Shown piece after piece: positions 1 through 13,800 of a DNA stretch of 64,000 nucleotides (within the stretch, counting starts at the first letter, position 1; every line of letters starts with the position of its first letter). Where the stretch lies: positions 5,394,001-5,458,000 of the forward strand of contig NC_081332.1 in the NCBI RefSeq assembly GCF_022539665.2, written 5' to 3'. Under the pieces are notes generated by a model. It was given only the letters and a program-made list of their open reading frames with translations, searched no databases and was not told the DNA's origin. This stretch comes from Daphnia carinata. Taxonomy: Eukaryota. Position numbers and translations under genes: made by a program.

Positions 1-1799
1 AAATTTTACTCCTGTAGAAAAAATTAAGCTCCAGAAGCACATAAACAAAAGACAGAACACCTTAATATGTATATGATAAATTATAATCACATTGGAAATG
101 GTAACTCAATATTTCAATCTTTGTTGTATGATAGACGAAATGCTGATTGGTGGTGGACCTGGGCAGTTATGGGAATGCCAAGTTTGCCAAAAATCTATCA
201 AAGGACGGGCCTGTGAAGTGACAAAACATTACCTTGAGACCCATCAGGTACAGCCTATCTTCCCATGTCATGCGTGCGAATACACCAGTAGGACGGAGAA
301 GATGTACCAGGCACATCGCATGAGCCACCTTGTCGAATACCCGTGTGAGCACTGTGGCAAAATTTTCAGCCAGCACTCTAGACTCGTCTATCACATGAAT
401 TCACATACCAACGAACGTGAGTTTGAGTGCGACATTTGTCAGAAAAAATTCAATACTGCTCAATACGTTAACACCCACAAACGCAAAGTTCACGGGGATC
501 AGGAGAAGGTATTCGACTGCATCCACAATATCATGCCTGATCACTAAAAGAAAAAAGGAACTATTATTTTAGCTACTGAAGTATACCTGCGAATTGTGCG
601 GTATGCGTTTCAAGTACAAGAATCATCTGCAATACCACCAGAAGAGACATCCCACTGACGAGAATCCGTAAGGAATCACAAATCCTTTATCATCTGAATT
701 TTTTAATCAACTATTTGTTTATTTATGTTACAGATTGCCTTACAGTTGCAAGTATTGTGAAGAGCACTTTATGACACGTGCCGAGCAACTGGCCCACAGC
801 AATACGGTTCACGCCGGCGAAGGGGATTTCGTCTGCCATTTGTGCGGCAAGAAGATGAAGACGATACTTTCACTGGAGAACCACGTTAAACTTCATAGTG
901 GCCTCAAAGAATTCAAATGCGACTTATGTGACTCAGCCTTCGCCACCAATCACAGCCTCAAGTGCCACAAAAAGATACACGAGCGAGGGCCGGACAACAG
1001 TTCACAGCACGTCTGCCCCGTTTGCCAGAAACCAATGAGCAACAAAAGCTCCCTGAACCAGCATTTGAAAACGCATCAGAGCACGAAACCACACCAGTGC
1101 CAACACTGTAGCGCCTCGTAATAATTCATTTTCTTTAGAAGTTCATGAAATCCTAAACTTTTCCTTCTTTTGTTGTTCAAGTTTCATTCACAAAAATCGA
1201 TTAGAAATTCACATGCGGAAGCATACGGGTGAGTTCCCTCACACTTGTGCGGATTGTGGCAAAAGATTTCGCAGTACGAGCAGCATGAACAGCCATCGCC
1301 AGTACGTCCACAGCGAGCGCAAATTTGCCTGCGAAATTTGTCAGAAGGCCTTCAAGACATCCAGAGATCTGAAGGTAATGCTTTTTATAATTAGCGCTTA
1401 AAACTTGACAGTCTTCATTCAATTGTGTTCGTCCCGAAAACACAACAGGTTCATTCGACACTGCACACCGGCGAGAAGCCCAATGTTTGCGGCATATGTA
1501 ACAAGGCATTTCGGGTGCGTGCCAATTACTTCAAACACCGGAAAATTCATATGCGGGCTGCCAATTCCAATCGAAATGAAGTTCAGACAGAGACAGCTGG
1601 TGAAGCTGCACCTGAAGAGCAGGAGCAAGAAGAAGAAGAGGACGAGGAAGATGAAAGAACAGTCCAAAGTGAAATGGAAAATGGGGCCGGCTTACCGATA
1701 GAAGAAACCGTGGTCCATCATAATCTTGTCCCGGCCGTGTCCGCTACAACGGCCGGGGATTTCTTCCAGTTCGCCAACGAACAACAATGGATCACTTAG
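1..1799 (+). CDS. Multi-C2H2 zinc-finger protein, 5' end outside the window; approximate exons <1-68, 135-508, 573-668, 734-1117, 1182-1374, 1450-1799
   Basis: About 13 CxxC...HxxxH fingers across GT-AG joined exons, HTGEKP/HSGLKE-type linkers, acidic C-terminal tail (EEQEQEEEEDEED), stop TAG ending 1799. Confidence 0.9.
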
Positions 1800-4700
1800 T
1801 AGTTGCTCGTAGACGATCCGTCCATGTCCAAATCATCTCTCCGTTGTAAACAGATATATCAATAATCGAAACGCCCGGCCTTTGTTTAGATTGCCGTCCG
1901 ATAGATGGGACACCTCCAGCTATCGCTTTCTTCGTTTGAATTCCGTCTTCAATGTGTTCGCGTCGTGTTTCTTACCAAAAGTGTTTGCCTGGACGATGTG
2001 CAACGGGGCGTCGTGTGGCGTGTCAATCGTCAGCGTTGTGATTTCGTGGGTTGGAGCACAACAACACTGTTTGCTTGCTGGCCTTGGTGGCTCAACAGCA
2101 AATCAACGATGGACCACCTCTTTCATCCGCACTGCCGTTGCTTGGATTTTTTTTTTTTTTTTTATACAGTTGTTGCCTTTGAGATTAAGGGTAGGAGCCA
2201 TGGACACGGGCAGCTGAAATACTTTAATGGGTTGGGGCCCAGCAAAAAAATAAAAGAAAGGAGGAAAAAAAAACGAATAAAGAATGTGCGAGAAAAGAAT
2301 ATAAAGTGTAAAACACAAAACAATGAAACAACAACTTCCAGCTGTTTCTATTGTTTTTATTCTTCATGTCTCTTTGGCTGCGATTCTCTTTTTCACTTTA
2401 GGCTTATTCTCAAAATGTCGGTGGTTCAAATAGAAAGAGAAAACTTCCACGGAACCTCATCGTTGCGTTAAAAGAAAGGTAAAAATGGCCAACAAAGGCA
2501 GAGCCAGGGAATGTCGTCCGTGTCTCCTCGACGGCGGAGGAATTCCAACAAGTCGAATAACTTTGCGGTTGGCCCTCGACTAAATTTATATCGGCGCTTA
2601 TCTACACGAAGGGAAAACTCACGGTAGCAGGAAGTCTCCATTCGTGAATGCCTCTTGAACAATGTCGAGATGAGCGGCCGAAACGATGGGCCACGCTAAC
2701 GCGGCATTCGAATCTAACGACGTTGGTAAAACACGTTCAAACGGCGAAAGAGGTTCCGAACAAAGGGATGAGTGATGAAAAACATAAGATTTCCGCATAT
2801 TTTTTATTCGATTTGTTTTTCGTTTCTTTTTTTTATTGAAATGCGGACGCCAGACAGTCCAGCAGACCAACAAACCTCCGATTACTCAGCGAGATTCTTT
2901 GCAGCACATTTGACAGAGGATCATTTTGTTTTCGCCGATGAGTCGCTATTTCAGTTTCTACTTAAAGTGGCGTTTAAAATAAAAATGAACTCGATATCAT
3001 CGAATGATTAGACGTTAGCACGTGTGTTCCTCTGTCACACGTGTAAACGACGTAAGTATAAAACGAAAAGACTTTGTCCAATTGCGTACAGAACTCGTTT
3101 GATCAACAGTCGATCAATCACCACGATTTAAGAGATTATTGCGGAATTTGTTCCAGGTATCCTGGAAAGCATAAAAATTCCTCCATTTATTCGCAGTGAC
3201 TTTGTAGAGTATACTTTGTGAAGTGGTATTCGCTGATGAAAAGTTTGAATTCCTCGAATCGATGTATTTCGGTTGCCAAAAGGAGATGGCTGGAACACAA
3301 GATGCGAATGTTTTTATCATTAACTTTGCTTTTAAAGTAATTTTTTTGTCTTGAAACTTGACAACTTGGATGCGTGTTACGTCACCGGAAACTCGGCTGG
3401 TCGCAAAAAAAAAGTCTTGACATATTTTGAAAACGAAGAGTTTGTCAAAAGACTCAACGGCTGATGAGAGACGACAAGTGAGTGCCCTCTTTTTTTAAAA
3501 AGAAATCATAATTTCTGTGTTTAAGAAAAGAGAAAACTCGTGTGTCTTTGAAAAATTGTGATCTTCTAGATGAAACATAACGGAAGGGGAAAAAAAGAAT
3601 TCCTGCCCGACCGGATGATGGTGTCGCTGCGTTCAACGTGGGCTGATGTCGTGATGGGGTCAAAATACCAACATCTTTTCCCTTTCTTTTTTTTTTTTCT
3701 CGGTTGTTTTACTATAGAGAACGGGCCAAAATGTTTTCAGGCAGAGTCGGTATGCTCCGTCAAGTCGAAACAACACTGATGTATCTGTTGTCGCCCTAGT
3801 GCAAAAAAAAAAAAAAAAAAAAAAAAAGAAAAACTGTTCGACAAAATCTTCCGGCCCGCGCCAAAGACTTTTAACACAGATAAAATGATTTGTTTTCTTC
3901 TTCTTTATATTTTTAACCATTTCCCAACGACAGAAAAATAAAATAATTGATTGCCGCCGTCTCAGAATGTTAATTGGGCGCCTCTTCCGATTTTTTTTTA
4001 GTCTCACACATCAACATTTGATGAAACTAAAAAATGTCTTGTTATTTATTTTTTCCGCTTAATAAAAATTCTCGTTTAAACATTGTGAAATAAAAGGCGT
4101 GTAGAGTCCAGGAATAAACTCTTAGCTTGTTATTGTTGTTATATTTTTTTCTCTCAATCTGAAGCGCCTCTCTCCGACGCTCTCAAGTCGAATGTAATGA
4201 ATGAATCGACAGATGCTGTGCTCCACCGAGTCCACATTCGAATACATTTTCCCTTTCCTTTTTTTTTTTGTTTTCTCTAGTGTATCCCGGATGCCCCCTT
4301 TTTTGCTTTGCCCGTCTAAACAGCACACAATGGCGCGCTGGCCCGTCTGTATAGAATGTGTTTGTACGATGTTGGGTTGCTTCACAGCAAGAATTAGGGC
4401 CACTAGAAATAAACCGGGGGTGTCATCGTAGAAACTGCAGCAGCGGAACCCCGACACATCAAACGATGCCCCCAAAAGAGAGAGAGAGAAACTCTGAGAG
4501 TTATAGCTGAGCATCAGGTACGCGACGGCCATATTGAAACGGTCATCGTTAAATCAACGGAAGAAGAATTAAGTATTAGCGGGAGGAATAGATAAGGCAT
4601 TGCCTATAGTTCAGAGAAAAAGGAGGAGTATAGCTAAAGAATTGTTGTTCCACGTCGGCCATTAAGCACGCAACAGTTCCTTATGCGACTCGTGCCACTG

Positions 4701-7700
4701 CGTGACCAACAAAGTATAATAATAAACGTAGACTACCCGTGTGTTTTTTTTTTTCTTAGCACCGCCCTTCCCAGAAGACTTCAGCAAAAGTATCATCTTC
4801 TTCTTATCCCCATAGAGGACTATAAAAATCCTAACTATAAAAAAAAACAAAAACAAAAACAAAAACATTCTTCCCGAAGTCGCTTGTCGTGAGTGAGACA
4901 GTAGTCATAATACTGTTGTTCGAGCAAAGCTTTGACATTTCGGCACTATCCTCCAACTGAATGGCCTCGTGACAGCAGGAGAACCCCGCTTTTCTTTTTC
5001 TTCGTGATTTTGACACATTCGAAAACACGTAGTCGGCAACTGTAAACGACTTTCGTGAGTAAATCATGCCTTTCTCCCGCTCTCCATTCCGTGATGACTA
5101 AATCTGCTATAGTTTCGAGTGTGTGTATACACCCTTCTTTTATTTTTCAAGTTTGCAGTTCAAATGTTGGCGCCGCTCGTAGACAATAAACAATAATCCG
5201 CATTGGCTTTTATCTCTCCCTACTTTAAAAAAAAAAAAAAAGAATACCGATATACAGCCGTTTGTTGTTCTCGTTCACTTAACGAGTCGTCTCTCCCTAT
5301 TTTTCTCGTATTTTATATGTAGACGGCCGGAGAACGTCAGCCATTCTCTTTTTCGCCTGTTTTCTCTTGCCAGTCGTCAAAAAAGCAGAGTGTGCGACCT
5401 AAAATTCTCCATTTGGTCGGGAAAGAAGATGCAAAAGATCGTCAATATAAGAGAGCTCACGGTCGATCAACAGTTTGAAAATAGAACGGCACTTAAAAAA
5501 AAAAAAAAAATCCTCCGCTTTTAAACTCATAAGATTGTTCTCCTCCGAAAATGTCCCAACTTCACGTTTAAAAAAAAAATAATAAATTTTAAAACGAACA
5601 AAGTCCGTGAAACTGATACCCTTGTGGCAAAGCTATTTCGAAAAAAATACAGACGTGGTCCAACACTTTGATTTGTTGATTCGAACGTTGTTCCTACTTA
5701 TTGTTGCCACCTACCGTGATTTCCCCCCCCCCCCCACTCTTGCATATTTCCACGATCAGGGAAGGGGGGGGGGCCGAAGAGACAGACACACAAATAACGA
5801 AAAGTTGGGTTAATATGGTCTCCAAGAAAAGGTATATAGAGTGCAGAGTATCGACTACTAACCGTTTGGGTGGCCACACGCTACGTGCTTGTTGTGCTTC
5901 TGACAGGTTGATTTATGCGCCGTGCACGAGCTTCACATAATCGATATCTTTTTTTTTTTTTTTTATGTTTGTTAGTGGAACGCATCGATGAATGATGTGG
6001 ACCGTGAGCTCGACGTTTTCAACACGGCATTGTGCTGGATGGATGGATGGGACTCTTCTGCATAATTTACAGAGTCCCACAACTAGGAAATGAGAGAAGA
6101 CATACGAACAAAAAAATAAGAAGTTGAGAGATTAAATAGAACGAGAAGAGCGCGGGAGAAGCGATACTAAATATACACACACGCAGTATTCACGCGGGAG
6201 CATATGCGTCGTATAGTCTTTTGTTTCGTTCAACGCTAAACGCAATAAGGTCCTAATGCGATTATGGCATGTCGAGGCTTCTTTTCCCCATCGATTAGAT
6301 CACAATGCTATATCCACAATTCCAAACATCCTCTGTCCATTATGCAGCCGGAAATCTTTATGTGGTCACTGGTTTTTTCTTTTTATTTCTTTTGTGTTCC
6401 GCAATGGCCATGGCGGTCAATAGTCGGAAGGAGAGGGACGTTAAAGCGAAAACCGGCGATAAGGAGCCTTTGTTGAATTCCTTATATGGTCCATTAGGAG
6501 ACGATCCTGCGGATAACGACAAGCTCCCCTCCTGGATCTTCTCCATTCACAGTCGATAGTCATTTATTTTTATTTTTTTGTTTTACTTCCTTTTTTTTTT
6601 AGTAGTGTTGGCTATTGGACCCTGTTAGATGACGACCACCACGGCCAACGAGTGACAATGAAATAAAACTTAAAAAAAAAAAAAAATTCCTGGAACTTTC
6701 GATTTTTTTTTTCTCCATGTTTCGGAACATTGGTGTAGGTGTAGTAGTGGCTAGAGAAAAAGGTGGGATTTGTGAAATGGCATTGGTGGAGTCGTTGTCG
6801 CTTGTAAATTTCCTTCTCGCAAACGCAGCTGTTCACCATAGCTCTCTCGCTGGCCCCCACCGAGAGTTTCTTTTTACGATCCAAGTCCAGTTTCCTTCTT
6901 TTTTTTTGCTTGTTTTTCTTTTTTGGTCCTCTACTTTGTGCGGGTTATTATTTGACTTGTATCTGTCCGCAACGTGCCCTGTCTTTTGTCAAGTCTTTTT
7001 TTTTTTTTTCCCCAACAACTTGAAGCTCGGGGATCTTCTTTTTTGTTGTTGATTGGAAGTCTGACGATGTAAAAGCTTAGGAATTGTCATACCTTTTTCT
7101 TAACGTTCCAGTTCAACGTGTTTCGTGATGTGGATGCAAAAAAACCAATTTTTAGGGGGAAAAAAATTTTATTTTTATTTTTATTTCAATTTTTTTTGCA
7201 GTATGCAAATGATCTGGGTCGTCCTCTTTTTTTTTTTTTGTCTTTTTGGGATTTTTTTTTTTTTAAATCCTGTTTTTAAGTGTTGAAAAAAGACAGGAAA
7301 ACTCTGGATTTTCTAGAAATAGAATTCGCCTTCTTGGCTCGCCTGGCGGGATGGCCGACAACCTCACATAACACAATGACAACAAGGAAGGAAACCGACA
7401 ACAACAACAACAAAGAAAAAGAATGAAAAAAAAAAGAAAACAAAGAATCACACGAGCATCTATTGAAAATTTGAATTAAAGAATCTCAGTTAATATTCAT
7501 GAATTTTCTTCTCAATCTCAATGCGTGTGTGTGTTAATTCCGTCATGTTCCTGGAACTTCTTATTTCCTTCCCCACTCAGTTCCATTCGTCTTCCCTTTT
7601 TTTTTTCGAAAATGGACATGGGGTTCGTTACACGGGTTATATCGTTGCTGTCATTTGCATGTTGTTGCCTCAGCTGGGCATCGCTGATGATTGTGGAACG

Positions 7701-10700
7701 AGATCCTCGTCGACTTGGGATTACGTCAGGAGACCTTCTTGATCCACGAGTCCACAAGCCGTAGGCAGAGGATTATGTAGATACGACCCAACCCAAAAAC
7801 AGCTAACCGATTTTCAGTGTAGATGACGTGACATGGAACGAAACAATTTCCAAAACACATCCTTTAAAAAAGAAGAGAAAGAAAGTGATGAGAATGAGAT
7901 ACGCTTTGTCGCCACTTCTGCAGGCCTCCATTTCTATTCCGTGTTCCAACCCATTTATGTTCCAGACCGGATGAATCATAGCCTTTAAAGTAAAAATGCC
8001 AAACAGCTAACGCTCGACGAACTCGTTTTTGTGTGTGTGAACCGTTTGTTGCCTGGAACGTAAATTCCATCGTGTCCGCCTCGACCAAAGTATCCGAAAT
8101 TCTGTTTTCTAGCGGGGCTGTTTCTCCGTCCGCACGGCAGACGCTTTTCGCTCTGTTCTGTGTGAATATTTACGATCGTCGGTGCCACGCCGTGGCACAT
8201 CGCCGTGTAAGAGAATGGGCAGGGCGAACGAAACAACTGGGTTTTTTTGGCCGCGACGTTCGTGATCTATGTCGCCGTTGGGGCGAAAAGGGGTGCGGCG
8301 GCGTCGTCATCGGCCCATATGCACCGGCATTTTCGGACATAAAACCTGTCACTGGAACATAGGGAGAGAAAAAAAATGGGTAGTCCATCATCGACGGCCA
8401 ACACTTTGGATAACGCAATGAAACGGAAGATGACACGTAAAGCGATTGGCATCAATCTCGTATGAAACAATGCCATTTGCATAAAGAGGGACGTGTTGAA
8501 AACGTCCGGGGATTCATGCCAAGTCGTGGTTTATTAGAATCACGTAGTGGAAAGGCGAAACAGATTTCCCCCATTTGGTAAGTCGAATTAATAAAAATGC
8601 AATTGCCCGCGTTAAATTGTGCCATTGTGAGGTTGTTTGAAATATTTTCTTGCATAATTAGTAGCTAATTGTAGTCGGTTATTCATTTATTCATATTTCA
8701 TCATTCTTTTTCATTTCAAGGTTTTTTTTGGTTTGGTTTTCGTCAATTTGCATTTTGTTTTTCAGTCTTTTCTTACCCCACCTCCTTCTATGATCATTTC
8801 TTAATCTCTTTGTCCTTGAACGTTCTTGTTGTTTTCCAATTGATCTCATTACTGGGGAGAATTTTATGCAGCCCTTCCTCCTCTGCAAATTGTTTTTCGA
8901 GAAATGGGCCACTTTTTGTTTTCCTTACCCTGCCTCCATCTCCCAAGAGCTACACGTGGCAAATGGCGTCCATTTTGTTCAGTCCATTTGCCGATGTGCG
9001 CACCGCCACATCTGGTCTAAGCCGATTGAACATCAATATAAACTAGGTCTGCTTTGTGAACGTAACGTGTAAATCTTTTGTTCTATTGTGGTTCGTTTAT
9101 TTCTCGAGTGAGTGTGCAATTTCAGGTATGATACTTTAATTGAATTTCAATTGTTTTTGTCGGGTGTTTCAACTACGTTGGGTATTGCTAAATTCTAACG
9201 CAATATTTAAAAATTGTTTTCTACATTTTTGTGTTTATGAGTGTCGCTAGTAACGATGAAAGAATGATGAAACGCCATGTTGATTTACAAGCGACAATGA
9301 CGTGACAGGAAAATGGAAGAAACATTTTTTTTTTCACATAAAAAAATAAAATTCATTTGTTTAGGATTTGTTCTGTAAGCACCCGCAATAAGCACCGATG
9401 TCTAACGTAAAAATCCCGAGACTAGAAAAAAAAGAAACTAACATTAGTCTCATCGTAAATAATGCTAGCCTCCCGATGATGGTTTCATGACGTTAACGAG
9501 CGTGTAATAAATATTCTTTTTTTTTTTCGATAGATGGTTCAACTATGGCGGCCACCTTCTGTTAGATGTGCTAGATAGCAGTTGAGCCCCTCGTGCTTAT
9601 TACTGGGGGGGGGGCTCGGTCGTGTGTCATCCAACTCCCGATGGGATATTGGATGTTATATATGCATCCATCGTGTCACGCAAGTTATGTGGCTATAGTT
9701 TTCTCGAATGAATAAGTTTTTCCTTTTTGAAATACGTACACCTCTCATATTTACGTGCTCCTGTATAATGTAATTCTCATTTTTCCTATTTTTAAAGAAA
9801 TCTTAATTGTTTTTTGTTTTTTTTTGTTTTAGAAAATATTGGAACTAAAAGGACCAGACCAGAAGAACTGGACGAGGCTCGTTAACGATGACGAGTTCAA
9901 AACATACGTCAAACAACACTCGATACCCCCCCCCCCCCCCCGTTTTCGTCTCTGCTTTCTTTTTCAAAATCGATAACTGCGTAACGACAAGTGTAGGGTT
10001 TCTGCCCATTTGATTACCGCATTTACACCCGATTATATTAGGGGGAATTATCTTTATTTCCTGATTGGTGTAAGTTTTCATATCGATCGTAAAAATCACG
10101 AAACGCTCTAGTATCTATTTTAGGCGTTGATTGGGGATTTGCATAAATCGTAGTTTAGCACAATTTTCTAAAAAAAGAAGTTAGTTTTGAAACCGTGAAA
10201 AATTGGAAACGTCGTGTATGAGGCGCCACTGTCGTTTTTTTTATTTATTTACGTACACCACCGTTCTATTATTCCCCTCTTTTTTTCTCTCAAGTCGTGT
10301 GTTCCATGCGAAAACAGGGAGAATGAGAGAGGCAGTTGAGAAAAGGGAAGAGAATCGGTTGCGCGCAGAAGGGGCAGAACCGACCGGCACTCCGGCGACG
10401 AAAGTAATAAGACGAGTTCAGTCGTTTCCCTACTTCCCTGACGTCCATCCGCATTCGGAAGAAGTTGTGTCGCCCTTAAGTTTTTTTTTTTTTCGACTCC
10501 TCAATTTTTTTATCCCCCTCTAAAATTCTGGATATTTATTCCCGACGAATTCAAATAATTCCAATCATTTTCTTATTTTTAACGATTTTGATGGGTTCGA
10601 CAAACTGTGATAAATATTAAAATTTTGAGCGCATTTTTGATAAGCGAGTCGAAGAGGCCATCCGAATTTCGTCACAAGTGTTTTCGGTTCATTGAGTGAG

Positions 10701-10844
10701 AGAGAGAGAGAGAGAGAGAATGTTGATGTCTCATCATCACCTGAACAGCAGCAGCAGCAGCAGCAGTCCATCAACGACTTTGAGATTGTCGGCCTGTGCG
10801 CGAACGGCACCAGTTGCAACGGCAGTTCGGGTTTAAGTGGGGCC

Positions 10845-13800
10845 ATGGCCGGAACGGCATCTTCAGCGTCCAGCAGTAGCTCGACGGGATCGTCCACATC
10901 GTCCGCTTCTGCCTCCATCAAAGACACGACGTTCACGAAAATCTTTGTCGGCGGCCTGCCTTATCACACGACGGACGCCAGTCTGCGCGAACACTTTCAG
11001 GTCTACGGCGAAATCGAAGAGGCCGTCGTCATCACCGATCGCCAGACGGGCAAATCCCGCGGATACGGATTCGTAAGTTTTCTTTCTTTTTTTCATATTC
11101 AAAATTTGTGATTGTTCATTTGTTTCGCGGATAATTTTTTTTTTTTTTTTTTAAATTCTTTAATTTAAATAAGTTTAAAAAGATTAGAGGGAGGGTGCAA
11201 AAGAAAATACAACATTTAGCTTCTTTTCATTTCCTTGTTGCGCTGTTAGGGAATGTGTTTTGGTGGGGGTCGGTTAGAATCGTAGTGCTGCACCTGTGAC
11301 AGGCTGTCAGTTTTCGGGGTGTTTTGTGGCCTCATTCTGTGTCCATATGGCGATGTTGGAAGGCCCGTCTCTTTTCGTGATCAAATAGGATTATTATTTG
11401 TGGGGGGGGGGAAGAATTGCGGAATGGTAGAGTTAAATGACTTAATTTAGCGCAGTCACGTTCTACTTGTTGGTGGATCTGTTTGCTCAAGTGTGTAGAC
11501 GAGGAGCCGAAATCAAATGGTGGAGGGGCTTCCCGGAATTGTAAATTGTGAAGAAATAAAAAAAAAAAGAGGGGGGGGGGAACTTGTTTCGTGACATGTT
11601 CGTTCGCAGATGGCACACATGTGTCTCTATAATAGATGACGTCATAACCTTTTCAATAGTCACTAGTTTTGCGACCCCTCCCATCTATTTGTCTTCTCTT
11701 TTTAAGGATCGTTCGAAATATCGATGACGTTCGGGGGCATGTTTCGTTTTATTATTAAACTTTATTTATTTATTTATTTTTGCTGTTGGCATTTCGCTGT
11801 TGTGGTGTGATTTTGCGTGTCGTGTGTGTATGAAGTTTTTTTTTGTCAAAACAATATTTCATTGGTGTGTCTTTTGCGTTGTGGCTGGTGTTCTTGTTGT
11901 TGGCGTACGAAAGTATAGGTGACCATGTCGGATCGACTAGCAGCCGAACGGGCCTGCAAAGACGCCAATCCAATCATCGACGGCCGTAAGGCCAACGTCA
12001 ACCTGGCCTATTTGGGCGCCAAGCCCAGAGGCAACCTCCAAGCAGGTACGAGTTCTTATCATTTTTTTTTTCCTTCCTAATTTAACCATTTTAATTTGGG
12101 GATTAAAACATTTATTGAGTTTTGGTTTTTCTAATTTTTTTTTTTTTTATTTTTCGAGATTTTGAGTTTTATTTTTTTTTTTTTGCGAGGATTTGAATTT
12201 CTTTTTCATTTTTTAAATGGATACATTGAAAGGAATCGTTTGGTGACGCCCTTCTACTTTTGCTTGACTGTTTATCCGGTTATTTATACACGACCGTGTA
12301 CAAATAGATCGGACACACCGTGCACAAACCACCCTTGTTTTTTTTTGGCCCCCCCCCCTCCCTTCTCCCTATATCTTGGCTAAAGATGCGTTACGTAAAC
12401 GTTGCTTAACGCTTCGTAGTGTTGGTCGTTTTACATTTTTTTTTTTTTTTCTCCTTTAAAGAAAAAATGAATAATAAAGAAAATTCCAATAGCCAGTGCG
12501 TTTCAACGGGTCCTTTGCGTTAGCACCCGACAGGCCCCGGCGTAAACATTTACTCGTATTATCATAACGGGGGGGAGGGGGCGGTAGTGAAAGAAGACAT
12601 TTGTTATTCAATTTATCATAGGAACTTTTTTTTTTTTGTTAATGAGATGGTGAGGATAAGCGATTGTTTTTCTAATCGATTTGATTCTCGTCGTTCTATT
12701 TAAATTTGATTTAATGGCTCAGTTTTTCTATGTTTGATGTTGCCGCGTCCAGGATTCCCTTTGGCAGCCGCCTTGCGAGCCGGATTTCCAGCTGCTCTTT
12801 TCGGACAAGGACAATACGGGTAAGTGATGTATTTTTTTTTTTAATTATTTCAAACTCGAATCGTTCGTGAATTGCTTTCACTTTGCGTTGAAACGCTTTA
12901 CGAAAACCAGTTTCATCTCGTCTGGACTATTCGATTCTTTGTTTCTTTTTATGTCGTTTGACGGGGCAATGGCAGTGTGTTTATCAACTGTTTTTGGCTT
13001 TGCCGTTGCGTGTTATTGGAAACTGGGCTCGGCGTCTATTGCCACATTTTTAAAAGCCCAAATAACGACAGGCGTGGCAGAGGGGGGGGGTAGATATCAC
13101 GCGGTTCTATGAAGAACAACCGGATTACTGGAGCCCACACATTTTCTTCTTCATCCAGCCGGATATGGGCCAGGCCGGATCTAATGCCCCCATGGATTTA
13201 GAGATGTTTTTTTTTTGTCGTTTTCCCGCAGTCACGGGAAGAAAATCTGTTGACACCCTTGTCATTTTCGTCTTCTTTTCACATAGAAAAAGAAAAGAGG
13301 GGGCACATTTGAAATGCTTGGGAAAGTTGGGTTTGGGATTTTTTTTTTTTTTTTTTCTTACTTTTGCCATCAAGAGTCGACCATGCACAACAGATTCACG
13401 CTCGAGCCAGCTGTCTTTTTTTATCCTGTCTCTGTCGGTTTCATCTTGTTTTTGTGTGTGTGTGTGTGTGTGTGTGAGCTGTTTGAACGTCGTCACTTTC
13501 CAAGTCAATCCGACAGCCGAATTTTCCTTTCTTTTTTTTTTTTTTTTTTAATTCTCAAATGTTTACATTGAAATATGTAAATCGATATGATTGTAATTCG
13601 GAATATTGTGGATGGAGATGTGCTCGCCGTGTACCTCAAATTTTACCGTACCCCTCCGCACCATTTTTTTCGTGCGTATAGTTTGGCAGGTTGCCACCAA
13701 CTTTTGCCCTCTGTCCCTCTTGTTTGTTTCCATCTGTCGATGACGTCACGTCTAATGAGTATGTGCTCGTTAGAACACGCCGGTCGAGTGGCAAAAAATG

